This document shows positions 7,915-18,054 of a DNA stretch of 40,316 nucleotides, piece by piece. The stretch's first letter is position 1. Every line of letters begins with the position of its first letter. The stretch is from Legionellaceae bacterium (lineage in GTDB: Bacteria; Pseudomonadota; Gammaproteobacteria; Legionellales; Legionellaceae): NCBI GenBank assembly GCA_030157565.1, contig JAOAUO010000110.1, positions 1 through 40,316 on the forward strand. Reading direction: 5' to 3'. The translations under genes were made by a program, and so were the position numbers. The notes beneath the pieces were generated by a model, which ran no database searches, was not told the origin of the DNA, and saw only the letters and a list, made by a program, of their open reading frames with translations.

Positions 7915-8898
7915 TCATGGATGCGTCGTGATTTCCACGAGGGCATCCATCCATAATGGACTCTCATTCATGCATGGAATGAATGTAAACACCTCGCCGC
8001 CTAAGGCTAGCCATTGTTCTTTGGCTCGAATCCCTATTTCTTCCAGCGTCTCCAGGCAATCGGTCACAAATGATGGACAGACAACGGCCAGGCGTTTAAT
8101 GCCACGTGCCGCAAGATCAGTCAGGATCTGATCAGTGTAGGGCTTGATCCACGGCGTTCGGCCCAATCTAGATTGAAAGGATGCGCTGAATGTTTTTAAT
8201 TTCAATGTGTTAGCGATCAACGCGGTGGTTTCTAAGCATTGCGCGCGGTAACAACCACGTGCCGCGCCCTTGGGGCGGCACGCTTCAACACAGACAGGGT
8301 TGCATCCTTCTTTGAGTAGGTGATTTTCAGGCAATCCGTGATAACTGAATAAAATGTGATCATGGTCGTTGATGTGAGGGGCAATTTCTGCCGCTTGCGC
8401 TTTGATGTAGGCTGGATGTTGGTAGAAATCACGAATCACGGTTATGGATGGGAAAATGGGTTTGGACGCCAGCCTGTTCAGCACGTCCTCAATCGATGAC
8501 CCGGTTGCTGCGGAAGAATATTGAGGGTAAAGGGGCAAAACCGTGATGTGATCGCATGCATTGAGTGATTCCAATGCGGTTTGAATACTCGGTTTTCCGT
8601 AACGCATGCCCAATGCGACTTGATAATTCATACCCAGTTGCGTTTGCAATGATTGGCGCATGCGCTCACTGTTGCGGGATAAAGGGGAGCCTTCTGAGGT
8701 CCATACGGCTTGATAGGCTTCGGCGGATCGGCGAGGTCGAAAGGGGAGTATAAAGCAATAGACCAACACTAAACGCAGCAAGACGGGCAAGTCAATCACA
8801 CGCTTGTCGGAAAGAAACACACGTAAATAGCGCCGAACGTCTTTGATGGAGGGTGTGTCGGGTGATCCAATGTTTATCAGTAGCAGGCCTTTTTTCAT
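7915..8898 (-). CDS. hemH: Ferrochelatase
   Basis: 327 aa. N-terminus LLINIGSPDTPSIKDVRRYLRVFLSDKRVI, plus FSYHGLPE, both typical of HemH. Confidence 0.95.
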   Translation of the reverse strand: MKKGLLLINIGSPDTPSIKDVRRYLRVFLSDKRVIDLPVLLRLVLVYCFILPFRPRRSAEAYQAVWTSEGSPLSRNSERMRQSLQTQLGMNYQVALGMRYGKPSIQTALESLNACDHITVLPLYPQYSSAATGSSIEDVLNRLASKPIFPSITVIRDFYQHPAYIKAQAAEIAPHINDHDHILFSYHGLPENHLLKEGCNPVCVEACRPKGAARGCYRAQCLETTALIANTLKLKTFSASFQSRLGRTPWIKPYTDQILTDLAARGIKRLAVVCPSFVTDCLETLEEIGIRAKEQWLALGGEVFTFIPCMNESPLWMDALVEITTHP

Positions 8899-11213
8899 GT
8901 GTTTATTTCCCTTAATCCGTCATCAATTACAAAATTTAAATCACTTTGCACCATTAGTTTTTTATTCACGTCTTTGATTAAACAGCACAACTGAAAAGAC
9001 AATGTTTTTTCTTGAAACGAGCGGAATAAAACATAAGGTTTGTTGCGACCGCTTTTGATGACATCCTCATGAGCCATGGCGGCGTCCAATAGCACGGCAC
9101 GCACGCGTTGAGTATCACAACCATTGGGCACATTGATGTCGCAATTAATCGAGCATTGCTTGTTACTGTAGACATAATTGGTGACGCGACGTGTAATTAA
9201 ATCGGAATTGGGTACAATAATGTCCTCATAAGCGGGCGTGATGAGATGCGTTGAACGGACCCTGATTTTTTTTACAAATCCCTCCACACCGTCAATGTTG
9301 ATTCGGTCACCGGGTTTTATGGGTTTTTCAATCAGTAAAATAAGGCCTGACACAAAGTTGTTGACGATGCTTTGTAACCCAAGACCAATACCGACGGATA
9401 GTGCACCGGCCACAATGGCCAAACCTGTAAAATTAAATCCAGCGACCAATAATGCGCTGATCAAGGCCAGAGTAAAGCCGACATACGTGAGGATGGAGGC
9501 AATGGCCACTTGCGTTTCTTCTTCATCCTCAAATTGTTGGTGCCGACTGATGGCCGTCGAGAGGCTTCGAAAGAATAAATACATGAGGCAATAGATCAAT
9601 ACGCCCAGAACGATTCGTGTGGGGTAAATGGTGGTATTGGCCAGCTGAATGCCATTAAAAAGCGGTGTATACACGCGTTCTAAATAATAAGCGGCAAATC
9701 CCCAACTACGCACGACCAAATAAAGGCTCAATGCCATGACCATCATTTGGATCGTTGTTTTTAAGATTAAAAATTCTGTAAATACCTGATCTTTTTTATA
9801 ACCAAAATATTTGATCACTTGGCCTTGAGTCTGAGGATGGTGGCTTAACATGGCATAACTTTTATTGATACCTTGGATGACAATAATGGTCATAAAAATA
9901 ACAATAAAAGTCATCAACCCAGATGATGTCAAGCGGATGGCCAGTGCGTGAAACCCGAAAATATCTATCACCGCACACGTCATCAATACGAATACGCCTA
10001 AACGTTGGATCAATCGATGGTGGTGTTTAACCGCCGCTAATGGACGGTGTGTGCGGCAAAAATAATAAATAAAAAAAATACCGGTTAGAAGCAAGCTTAA
10101 GAGGAATAGCGATTGTTCCAATTGGCAGAACATGGGAGTGAGCGAAAGGGCATTGTTGAGTAAATGCCCTAGCCTGGATATCGTATAGAAACTGAATAAG
10201 ACTAAGAGTAACGATTGAATAAAATGAATATCCAGCAGATACCAACGCAAGCCTATTCGCACACGTTTGATGTGAAATATTAGCGCAATTAAAGCGCTGC
10301 CTGATAAATAGATCAGTGACTCTTGTGATATATCCAAAAAGAGATTGGGCTCGTCCACGTCTTGAAGTTGAATCAATAGGTAAAGAAACACAACAGCAAA
10401 GACCAAACCGCATGCCAGCAATAATACATGACGTAAGCGCGTTTTTCTAAGGTGTAAATAATGGTGCGCAATGCGGCTTTTTTGCAAGCGAGCCCATGTA
10501 AGATAGGATAACATCAACGCGGTTAGCAGCAGTGCGGTCATGAGGAAGGGAGGCTGGAGCGCTGGAGGCATTGAGATATAAGCCGGATTGATCGCTTCTG
10601 TAAAGGGCGAGGCGTTGGTGTTTTTGCGAACGATTTCCCATAAAGGCATGCTGCGCGCAAAGGTGGCTTGTTTGCTCAGTTTTGCGACCCCGGTTTTATA
10701 GGCATCAACGGCCTCTTTGGCTCGGATGGAAAACAATCGACATGCTGCTTGTGTCGAAGCCTTTTTTTTCTGCTCTTCCTTTAAATAGAGTGAGTCCGCA
10801 CCCGTGGTTTTAGGATCGGAGGCGGCCGCCCCTTGCCGCAAGAGGACATCAATGTTTTGTAATCGTGCTTGTGCATTCTCCATGCATTGATCCGCTTGTA
10901 CTATGTATTTATTCAGCGTATTGATGGCTGCATTTAAACTGTTAAGATTTAAATTTTGTACGGATAAATTTAAATTAATTCGGTCAAACGCTTGGTTTGC
11001 TTCCGTCAGATTGAATAAAGACGAATCATCACCCAGTGGATTGGCGATGGCTAAGTGGGAGCTTAGACAGAAAAATAAAAAAATAGAGATCGATAGCGGC
11101 GCTAATCTAAGCGTGGTTTGGCGCAACCATTCATGGACATGTTGTTTGCGAGAAAGAGGGTTGATAACGCATGGTCCGTGATCCTTAAAGAGCCTAGAAA
11201 AGAAATGTTTCAT
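8895..11213 (-). CDS. MscS-family mechanosensitive channel with a long N-terminal periplasmic/TM extension (MscK/KefA-like)
   Basis: Signal-like N-terminus, a coiled periplasmic part, about 11 TM helices, then the MscS core (GLGLQSIVNNFVSGLILLIEKPIKPGDRI). The ATG at 11213 has a GGAGA SD. The track start at 11231 has none. The stop overlaps the hemH start as ATGA (8895-8898). Confidence 0.85.
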   Translation of the reverse strand: MKHFFSRLFKDHGPCVINPLSRKQHVHEWLRQTTLRLAPLSISIFLFFCLSSHLAIANPLGDDSSLFNLTEANQAFDRINLNLSVQNLNLNSLNAAINTLNKYIVQADQCMENAQARLQNIDVLLRQGAAASDPKTTGADSLYLKEEQKKKASTQAACRLFSIRAKEAVDAYKTGVAKLSKQATFARSMPLWEIVRKNTNASPFTEAINPAYISMPPALQPPFLMTALLLTALMLSYLTWARLQKSRIAHHYLHLRKTRLRHVLLLACGLVFAVVFLYLLIQLQDVDEPNLFLDISQESLIYLSGSALIALIFHIKRVRIGLRWYLLDIHFIQSLLLVLFSFYTISRLGHLLNNALSLTPMFCQLEQSLFLLSLLLTGIFFIYYFCRTHRPLAAVKHHHRLIQRLGVFVLMTCAVIDIFGFHALAIRLTSSGLMTFIVIFMTIIVIQGINKSYAMLSHHPQTQGQVIKYFGYKKDQVFTEFLILKTTIQMMVMALSLYLVVRSWGFAAYYLERVYTPLFNGIQLANTTIYPTRIVLGVLIYCLMYLFFRSLSTAISRHQQFEDEEETQVAIASILTYVGFTLALISALLVAGFNFTGLAIVAGALSVGIGLGLQSIVNNFVSGLILLIEKPIKPGDRINIDGVEGFVKKIRVRSTHLITPAYEDIIVPNSDLITRRVTNYVYSNKQCSINCDINVPNGCDTQRVRAVLLDAAMAHEDVIKSGRNKPYVLFRSFQEKTLSFQLCCLIKDVNKKLMVQSDLNFVIDDGLREINT

Positions 11214-11245
11214 CGATGGTCTCCGGCTCATGATGGGTCGGATGT

Positions 11246-11923
11246 TTATCCGATATAATAATATGGATTGGGTAATTTGTATGTTTTTTCAGCGTATCCA
11301 CCGGTTAAATCGCTGGTTTGATCGCCCACCGATTCGATGATGGTGAAGCCTTGTTTGGCAATATCCGCTCTGGCTCCTGCTTTAAACGAAGTAATCGAGG
11401 GTTGTTTGTCTTCAGTCGGTCTAAAGCGCAACCCCGCCCATTTTTTGTAGCCAGCCGCTCGTAAATTACTCTCTGTTGCATCTTTTAAGGTGTTTCTTCG
11501 GCCCGTTATAAAAAAAACAGAGACCTGCTGTTGTACTGCTGTTTGGTACAAGGACAAAATGGGTTCAATGGCTGGCGCGTTGGCCGCTAAGAGGTCTTTA
11601 TCCCATTGTTCCTGATTATAAGCATAATCATATGTACGCAAATGATTGTAATTGGATACACTGGTTTCATCAATGTCTAAAACAATGGCTAATTTTTGAG
11701 GGTTCGGCGCTTTCGCGTTTGCAGCAGCCCGCTCAAGCAAGTAATCACGCGCGTTTTGTGCGATGTGTTTTAATTCTTGTTGATACATTCCTGTGTCGTA
11801 GTATGTTCCAACGGCTTGTTTCAGTTGGCCTAAGTTGGCTGGCTCCGCAAATGATTTGGATTGCATGGTCAACGCGCACGCAATGGCAATGAGGGCGTGC
11901 GTAATGGGTTTGAATGGGGTCAT
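11246..11923 (-). CDS. Secreted HAD-superfamily subfamily IIIB (class B/plant-type) acid phosphatase
   Basis: Signal peptide (ALIAIACALTMQSKSFA), the DIDET catalytic motif, FITGR, and the GDQTSD motif. Confidence 0.85.
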   Translation of the reverse strand: MTPFKPITHALIAIACALTMQSKSFAEPANLGQLKQAVGTYYDTGMYQQELKHIAQNARDYLLERAAANAKAPNPQKLAIVLDIDETSVSNYNHLRTYDYAYNQEQWDKDLLAANAPAIEPILSLYQTAVQQQVSVFFITGRRNTLKDATESNLRAAGYKKWAGLRFRPTEDKQPSITSFKAGARADIAKQGFTIIESVGDQTSDLTGGYAEKTYKLPNPYYYIG

Positions 11924-12036
11924 GTTTTAATAATCCATGTCGTTTTGTCCAAGCTCCAAATACTATATTGAAATCTGTTTTTGTCAATGATTTTGTTGCC
12001 TACATCCATTCAAATGGGTTATGATGTCGCCTTTTT

Positions 12037-12052
12037 CTTGATTGCAATCAAG
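12037..12052. promoter_or_regulatory. Perfect 16-bp palindrome CTTGATTGCAATCAAG; candidate operator for the Rrf2 regulator / suf operon
   Basis: The palindrome was read directly from the sequence. It lies 38 nt upstream of the regulator ATG (12090) and just downstream of a possible promoter (TTGCCT 11996-12001, 18-bp spacer, TATGAT 12020-12025). Confidence 0.4.
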
Positions 12053-12089
12053 ACTTAATTGGTACTGGATTATTGAGGACAAGGGTGCT

Positions 12090-12560
12090 ATGCTTCGTAT
12101 CAGTAAGTTGGCCGATTATGGAACAGTCGTGATGGTGTATTTGGTCAGGCATGCTGACCGATTATGCAATGCGCGGGATATCGCACTGCACACCCACTTG
12201 GCGATGCCCACGGTTAGTAAATTATTAAAACGGTTAACAACCGCAGGCCTGTTGTCTTCTGTGCGCGGTGTTCATGGCGGATACCGGCTGCAACGGGATG
12301 CGTGTCAAATTTCCGTTGCAGACATCATCTATGCCGTGGATGAATACCGAGGATTAACCGAGTGTAGCGTGCAACCGAATACTTGCTCCCTGCAAGGTGT
12401 TTGTCATCTCCAGGGAAATTGGCGATTGATTAGTCAATCGATCGAAGAGGCATTGGACAATGTGAGCTTGAATGCGTTGGCTCAACCCATACTTCCAATG
12501 TCTGACCGTATACGCATTAAAGCGTTAGCAACTGGAGTTCGTCGTGACGAAAAGCAATGA
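12090..12560 (+). CDS. Rrf2-family transcriptional regulator (IscR/SufR-like, putative Fe-S sensing)
   Basis: [18 protein letters not shown]... is a winged-helix N-terminus. A Cys cluster, C-x6-C-x5-C-H ([16 protein letters not shown]), sits where Rrf2 Fe-S ligands are found. The track ORF begins at a TTG (12042). The ATG at 12090 has a GAGGA upstream. Confidence 0.85.
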   Translation: MLRISKLADYGTVVMVYLVRHADRLCNARDIALHTHLAMPTVSKLLKRLTTAGLLSSVRGVHGGYRLQRDACQISVADIIYAVDEYRGLTECSVQPNTCSLQGVCHLQGNWRLISQSIEEALDNVSLNALAQPILPMSDRIRIKALATGVRRDEKQ

Positions 12561-13992
12561 GCAAATTCATTCCTTGCTTGATCAGGAATACCAACATGGT
12601 TTTATAACCGATATTGATACCGATACGTTCTTGCCAGGCTTGAACGAGGATGTCATTCGGCGCCTGTCTGCAATAAAAGGTGAGCCTGAATTTATGCTGG
12701 ACTGGCGGCTGAAGGCCTTTCGCCATTGGCAAACACTCACGCATCCTGAGTGGTCCAGCGTGCATTATCCACCAATTGATTATCAGAATATCTCTTACTA
12801 TTCTGCGCCGAAAAATTTTAAAGACGGGCCCAAAAGTTTAGATGAAGTCGACCCTGAATTATTACGGACCTATGAAAAACTAGGCATTCCGTTGCGAGAA
12901 CAAGAAATGCTGGCCGGCGTGGCGGTGGATGCTGTGTTTGATAGTGTGTCGGTGGCCACCACGTTCAAAGCCAAGCTGGCTGAAATAGGGGTTATTTTTT
13001 GTCCGTTTTCCGAAGCCGTGCATGCGCATCCAGAGTTAATGCAAAAGTACTTAGGCTCCGTTGTATCGTATCGCGATAATTTTTATGCAGCACTCAATTC
13101 GGCGGTCTTTAGCGACGGATCGTTTGTGTATATTCCTAAAGGGGTGCGTTGCCCGATGGAATTATCGACCTATTTTCGCATCAATGCCGCATCCACGGGC
13201 CAATTTGAACGCACCCTCATCATCGCAGATGCCGACAGTTACGTGTCATACCTTGAAGGCTGTACCGCGCCCATGCGTGATGAAAATCAATTGCATGCCG
13301 CAGTGGTTGAATTGGTGGCTTTGGATAATGCCCAAATTAAATACTCAACCGTTCAAAATTGGTATCCGGGTGATAAAGACGGCCGCGGTGGGATTTATAA
13401 TTTTGTGACCAAACGAGGCATCTGTCGCGGGAAGGGTTCAAAAATATCGTGGACGCAAATTGAAACGGGTTCGGCTATCACATGGAAATACCCCAGTGTC
13501 ATCTTAGCCGGTGATGATTCCGTGGGGGAGTTTTATTCCGTGGCCGTGACCAATAATCGACAGCAAGCCGATACCGGTACCAAAATGATTCACTTGGGAA
13601 AAAATACGCGGTCTACGATTATTTCAAAAGGCATTAGTGCGGGACGTGCGCACAATGCATACCGTGGGTTGGTCCGCATTGCGCCCACCGCGGTCAATGC
13701 GCGCAATTACACGCAATGTGACTCCATGTTGATGGGGCACGAATGCTCGGCTCACACGTTTCCTTATATAGAAGTCAAACACCCATCGGCACAGGTGGAA
13801 CATGAAGCAACCACTTCAAAAATCAGCGAAGAACAGTTATTTTATTGTCAACAGCGAGGCATTGACACGGAAGATGCGGTGTCCATGATTGTGAGTGGGT
13901 TTTGTAAACAAGTGTTGAAAGAGTTGCCGATGGAATTCGCGGTGGAAGCCACCAAGTTATTGGGCATTAGTTTGGAAGGGGCGGTAGGTTAA
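12544..13992 (+). CDS. sufB: Fe-S cluster assembly scaffold SufB
   Basis: 482 aa. Typical SufB sequence ([34 protein letters not shown]). GTG start with a GGAG 6 nt upstream. Overlaps the regulator's 3' end. Confidence 0.95.
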   Translation: MTKSNEQIHSLLDQEYQHGFITDIDTDTFLPGLNEDVIRRLSAIKGEPEFMLDWRLKAFRHWQTLTHPEWSSVHYPPIDYQNISYYSAPKNFKDGPKSLDEVDPELLRTYEKLGIPLREQEMLAGVAVDAVFDSVSVATTFKAKLAEIGVIFCPFSEAVHAHPELMQKYLGSVVSYRDNFYAALNSAVFSDGSFVYIPKGVRCPMELSTYFRINAASTGQFERTLIIADADSYVSYLEGCTAPMRDENQLHAAVVELVALDNAQIKYSTVQNWYPGDKDGRGGIYNFVTKRGICRGKGSKISWTQIETGSAITWKYPSVILAGDDSVGEFYSVAVTNNRQQADTGTKMIHLGKNTRSTIISKGISAGRAHNAYRGLVRIAPTAVNARNYTQCDSMLMGHECSAHTFPYIEVKHPSAQVEHEATTSKISEEQLFYCQQRGIDTEDAVSMIVSGFCKQVLKELPMEFAVEATKLLGISLEGAVG

Positions 13993-13993
13993 T

Positions 13994-14746
13994 ATGTTAA
14001 CAATCAATCAATTAAATGTAGCCATCAATGCACAACCCATTTTAAATGGGATTAATTTACACATTGGTGCAGGCGAAGTGCATGCCATCATGGGGCCTAA
14101 TGGTTCAGGCAAAAGCACGCTATCCAAAGTGTTGGCGGGTCACCCGTCGTACACAGTCACCAGTGGGGACATCACCTACCAGGGTGCAGATTTACGGCCT
14201 TTAACACCTGCCGAGCGTGCAAAAGCAGGCATTTTCATGTCGTTTCAATACCCACTCGAAATCCCTGGGGTCACGAACATTAGTTTTCTGAAAGCGTCGG
14301 TGAATGCCGTTCGAGTTGGCCAAGGCCGGCCTCCGATGGATGCGATTGAATTCTTAAGCTTTATTCGTGCCAAATGTAAATGGTTAGACATGGATGAAAG
14401 CTTCTTATATCGAAGCATTAACGAAGGGTTTTCGGGGGGGGAAAAGAAACGCAATGAGATTTTGCAAATGGCCGCCCTAGAGCCCAAATTAGCCATTCTT
14501 GATGAGACCGATTCTGGGTTGGATATTGACGCACTGCGTGTGATTTCCGAGGGCATTAACGCGATGCGCTCGCCTGATCGCAGCATTATTCTGGTGACCC
14601 ATTATCAACGACTACTCAACTATATTGAGCCTGATTTTATTCACGTTTTAGCCCATGGCCGCATCATCAAATCCGGCGACAAATCATTGGCATTGGAATT
14701 AGAAGACAAAGGGTATAGTTGGTTGGAGGAGATGGAACAGGCATGA
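13994..14746 (+). CDS. sufC: Fe-S cluster assembly ATPase SufC
   Basis: Walker [10 protein letters not shown], signature FSGGEKKR, Walker [13 protein letters not shown]. Confidence 0.95.
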   Translation: MLTINQLNVAINAQPILNGINLHIGAGEVHAIMGPNGSGKSTLSKVLAGHPSYTVTSGDITYQGADLRPLTPAERAKAGIFMSFQYPLEIPGVTNISFLKASVNAVRVGQGRPPMDAIEFLSFIRAKCKWLDMDESFLYRSINEGFSGGEKKRNEILQMAALEPKLAILDETDSGLDIDALRVISEGINAMRSPDRSIILVTHYQRLLNYIEPDFIHVLAHGRIIKSGDKSLALELEDKGYSWLEEMEQA

Positions 14747-16026
14747 GTGACATCACGAATTTTTATCAAAAACAAGCGGAGCTGAGGCAGTCCGATATCG
14801 CTTGGCTGGCTCAGCTGCAGAACGATGCATTGGCTGATTTTAAGCGCAGTGGTTTTCCTACACGTAAACAAGAGGATTGGAAATACACCGCTGTGGACAC
14901 ATTCATGCAACAGCCGTTTGTGGACGCATGCACGGATACAGCCCCTGTTCATCGAACGAGTCAAACGGATTGTCCCATTACGGGCTATAAAATTGATATT
15001 ATCAATGGCCATGTACAAGACCCCGCGCTAGCGCATAACCTGCCGCTGGGTGTGATAGTCCAGCCGCTGACGCAAGCCTTGATTGATCATGCTGAAAAAA
15101 TTAAACCGTATCTTGGGAAAATATTAAAGCAAGAGCATGGATTTCATGCATTGAATACGGCGATGCTGCAGGACGGATTGTTTGTGTATTTACCCCCTGG
15201 CGTTTGTTTGACCGCGCCTCTGTTCTTGGCGCATTGGCATGACCAACCACAACACGCAACCTACCTTCGTCATCTGGTGATCGCAGATTCTGACAGTTCT
15301 GTTTGCATGGTCGAGGATTATCAAGGTCGTGCGTCGGTTGATTATTGCACCAATACCATTACAGAAGTGTTTGCAGCGGCACACGCGACCGTGACGCACT
15401 ATAAAATTCAACGTGAAAGTCAATCCGCCGTTCACATCGGGCATCTTGCCGTGAAGCAATCAACGGGCAGTCAAGTCAATAGCCATTTGTTTAGTTTGGG
15501 CGGAAAACTGGTGCGAAGTGATGTGACGTTTATGCTTGAAGAACCGCACGCACAGTGTTTTATGAACGGCCTTTATGTCCCAACGGAAGGCCAACACATG
15601 GATCATCACACGCGAGTAACCCATGCCGTTGCCGATTGCAGTAGCATTCAAGACTATAAAGGGATTTTATCAGGCCATTCGCGAGCGGTATTCAATGGGC
15701 AAGTGATTGTTGCTAAAGATGCACAACGCACGGCGGCCAAACAACAAAATAAAAACCTGCTGTTGTCGGTGGGATCTGAAATCAATACCAAACCGCAGTT
15801 GGAGATTTTTGCGGATGACGTGGTCTGTACCCATGGTGCAACGGTTGGGCAATTGGATGAAGACGCATTGTTTTATCTAGCGACCCGTGGTATCGAGCGG
15901 GCTGAAGCCAGTCAATATTTGGTGAAAGCATTTGCGGCAGACAATGTTCGCGCGGTCACTGATACGCATTTGGCGGGTTGGTTAGGCGAATTATTAGTGA
16001 GTCAGATAGGGTGTGCAAATGAATAG
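14743..16026 (+). CDS. sufD: Fe-S cluster assembly protein SufD
   Basis: Position after sufC with an ATGA overlap (14743-14746). SufB/D-family C-terminal beta-helix region ([33 protein letters not shown]). Confidence 0.9.
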   Translation: MSDITNFYQKQAELRQSDIAWLAQLQNDALADFKRSGFPTRKQEDWKYTAVDTFMQQPFVDACTDTAPVHRTSQTDCPITGYKIDIINGHVQDPALAHNLPLGVIVQPLTQALIDHAEKIKPYLGKILKQEHGFHALNTAMLQDGLFVYLPPGVCLTAPLFLAHWHDQPQHATYLRHLVIADSDSSVCMVEDYQGRASVDYCTNTITEVFAAAHATVTHYKIQRESQSAVHIGHLAVKQSTGSQVNSHLFSLGGKLVRSDVTFMLEEPHAQCFMNGLYVPTEGQHMDHHTRVTHAVADCSSIQDYKGILSGHSRAVFNGQVIVAKDAQRTAAKQQNKNLLLSVGSEINTKPQLEIFADDVVCTHGATVGQLDEDALFYLATRGIERAEASQYLVKAFAADNVRAVTDTHLAGWLGELLVSQIGCANE

Positions 16027-17266
16027 AGCCGGAGCCTTCGTAAGCGCGTTGGATGTCAATGCCATTCGACGTGATTTTCCTGTATTGCAGCAAACCGTGA
16101 ATGGTTATCCGCTCGTATATTTTGATAATGCCGCCACAACGCAAAAACCCAATGCCGTGATTGACGCGATGACGCACTATTATCAGTGTGATAATGCCAA
16201 TGTACACCGTGGTGTGCATGGCTTGAGCATGCGCTCAACCATTCAGTTTGAAGCTGCGCGTGAAAAAGTAGGCCGCTTTATTCATGCAAATGCTGTGCGT
16301 GAATGTATTTTTGTTCGAGGCGCGACAGAAGCGATTAATCTGGTTGCGCAGAGTTTTGTGTTACCACGCCTGTTGCCCGGGGATGAAATTTTAATTACCC
16401 ACATGGAGCACCACGCCAACATCGTGCCTTGGCAAATGGTTTGTCAAAAAACCGGTGCACAATTACAAGTGGCGCCTATTTCAATTGAAGGCGAGCTGTT
16501 GTTGGATGCGTTTGAAAAAAAGTTATCCAGCAAAACAAAATTTGTGGCCATTAATTATGCTTCGAATGCACTGGGTACCATCAATCCAGTGAAACAAATG
16601 ATTGAGATGGCGCACGCCGTGGGTGCTTTTGTATTATTGGATGGAGCTCAGGCAACCGCTCATGTGCCCATTGATGTGCAAGCACTCGGTTGCGATTTTT
16701 ATGCCTTCTCAGGCCATAAAATGTATGGTCCAACCGGCATTGGGGTTTTGTGGGGCCGAGCGTCTCTTTTAGAAGAGATGCCTCCTTACCAAGGCGGAGG
16801 TGAGATGATCAATTATGTCACCTTTGAATCCACCGAATACGCTCCCTTGCCTTATAAATTTGAAGCCGGCACGCCCAATATAGCGGGCGTGATTGGGTTG
16901 GGCGCGGCCCTTGATTATTTATGGTCTCTGGACATGGAGGCCATTGTTGCTTATGAAGCCCATTTACTGGATTACGCGACGAAAGCCATTCAATCGGTCC
17001 ACGGTTTTCATTTGATAGGTACCGCGCATGAAAAAGTGCCGATCATCTCCTTTGTGCATGACACCATTCACGCGCATGATGTGGCCACTATTTTAGATAG
17101 CCAAGGCATCGCGATTCGGAGCGGGCATCATTGTGCCATGCCGTTGATGGATTTTCTTCAAGTTGCGGCAACCAACCGGGTTTCTTTGTCGTTTTATAAC
17201 ACGATAGAAGAGATTGATGCGTGTGTGGATGCATTACAAAAAGTATGCGAGGTGTTTGCCCCATGA
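16019..17266 (+). CDS. sufS: Cysteine desulfurase SufS (group II)
   Basis: YFDNAATTQKP, the SGHKMYGPTGIG PLP-lysine motif, and RSGHHCA at the active-site Cys. The start is either the ATG at 16019 or the GTG at 16013. Confidence 0.95.
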   Translation: MNRAGAFVSALDVNAIRRDFPVLQQTVNGYPLVYFDNAATTQKPNAVIDAMTHYYQCDNANVHRGVHGLSMRSTIQFEAAREKVGRFIHANAVRECIFVRGATEAINLVAQSFVLPRLLPGDEILITHMEHHANIVPWQMVCQKTGAQLQVAPISIEGELLLDAFEKKLSSKTKFVAINYASNALGTINPVKQMIEMAHAVGAFVLLDGAQATAHVPIDVQALGCDFYAFSGHKMYGPTGIGVLWGRASLLEEMPPYQGGGEMINYVTFESTEYAPLPYKFEAGTPNIAGVIGLGAALDYLWSLDMEAIVAYEAHLLDYATKAIQSVHGFHLIGTAHEKVPIISFVHDTIHAHDVATILDSQGIAIRSGHHCAMPLMDFLQVAATNRVSLSFYNTIEEIDACVDALQKVCEVFAP

Positions 17267-17730
17267 TGGACCTACGTGAGCTCTACCAAGAAGTCATTAT
17301 GGATCATAATCGTTCGCCTAGAAATTTACGCGAAATGGAACATCCAACCTGCCAGGCAAGGGGGTTTAACCCGCTGTGTGGGGACAAATTGACGGTTTAT
17401 GTGCAAGTAGCCGATGGCGTGGTGCATGATATGAGTTTTGTCGGTTGTGGATGCGCCATATCCCAAGCGTCTGCCTCCCTGATGACGGATGCAATGAAAG
17501 GAAAAACGGTGGTGGAAGCACATCAACTGTTTGAGCGTTTTCATACCATGCTGACCTCTGACCAAGCGCCGGATGAGGCGCTGTCTTTAGATAAGCTCAC
17601 GGTATTGGCCGGCGTACGCGCATTTCCAGCACGCGTGAAATGCGCGACATTGGCTTGGCATACGCTGGAGGCTGCGTTAAAGAAAGAGACGGTCGTTGTC
17701 AGCACGGAGAACCCAACATGTTTGGATTGA
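17263..17730 (+). CDS. sufU: SufU-type (IscU/NifU-like) sulfur acceptor/scaffold
   Basis: NPLCGD, GCGCAISQASASLM, and ARVKCATLAW motifs. ATGA overlap with the sufS stop. Confidence 0.9.
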   Translation: MMDLRELYQEVIMDHNRSPRNLREMEHPTCQARGFNPLCGDKLTVYVQVADGVVHDMSFVGCGCAISQASASLMTDAMKGKTVVEAHQLFERFHTMLTSDQAPDEALSLDKLTVLAGVRAFPARVKCATLAWHTLEAALKKETVVVSTENPTCLD

Positions 17731-18053
17731 AGAAAAAACAAACGAATGATGCATTAAAAGAAGCGGTCATTCTGGGGCTTAAAACGGTATTTGATCCTGA
17801 AATCCCTGTGAATGTTTATGATTTAGGGTTGATTTACGACATCGCCATCGATGAAAAACAACACGTATCCATTCAAATGACCCTGACTTCTCCCGGCTGC
17901 CCGGTCGCACAAACCTTCCCAGGAACCATTGAGAAAGCGGTGAATGAGGTCGAAGGGGTTAGCGACTGCACCGTGGAATTGGTTTGGGAGCCCACTTGGA
18001 CGCAAGAGCGGATGAGTGAAGTGGCGAGATTGGAGTTAGGGATGTTTTATTGA
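17718..18053 (+). CDS. sufT: SufT / DUF59 (MIP18-family) Fe-S assembly protein
   Basis: DPEIPVNVYDLGLIY and TLTSPGCPVA motifs. GGAGA SD 7 nt before the ATG at 17718. Confidence 0.85.
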   Translation: MFGLKKKQTNDALKEAVILGLKTVFDPEIPVNVYDLGLIYDIAIDEKQHVSIQMTLTSPGCPVAQTFPGTIEKAVNEVEGVSDCTVELVWEPTWTQERMSEVARLELGMFY

Positions 18054-18054
18054 T

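Noticed and set aside
14434-14441. A G8 homopolymer inside sufC, and T8/T9 runs in mraY (27923-31), mscK (10762-69) and the 202-aa gene (2363-70), considered as possible phase-variation tracts
   Set aside because: All of these are in frame and encode conserved residues: the SGGE signature in SufC and the FFF run in MraY. Only the T8 in the HEPN gene coincides with a frame disruption.
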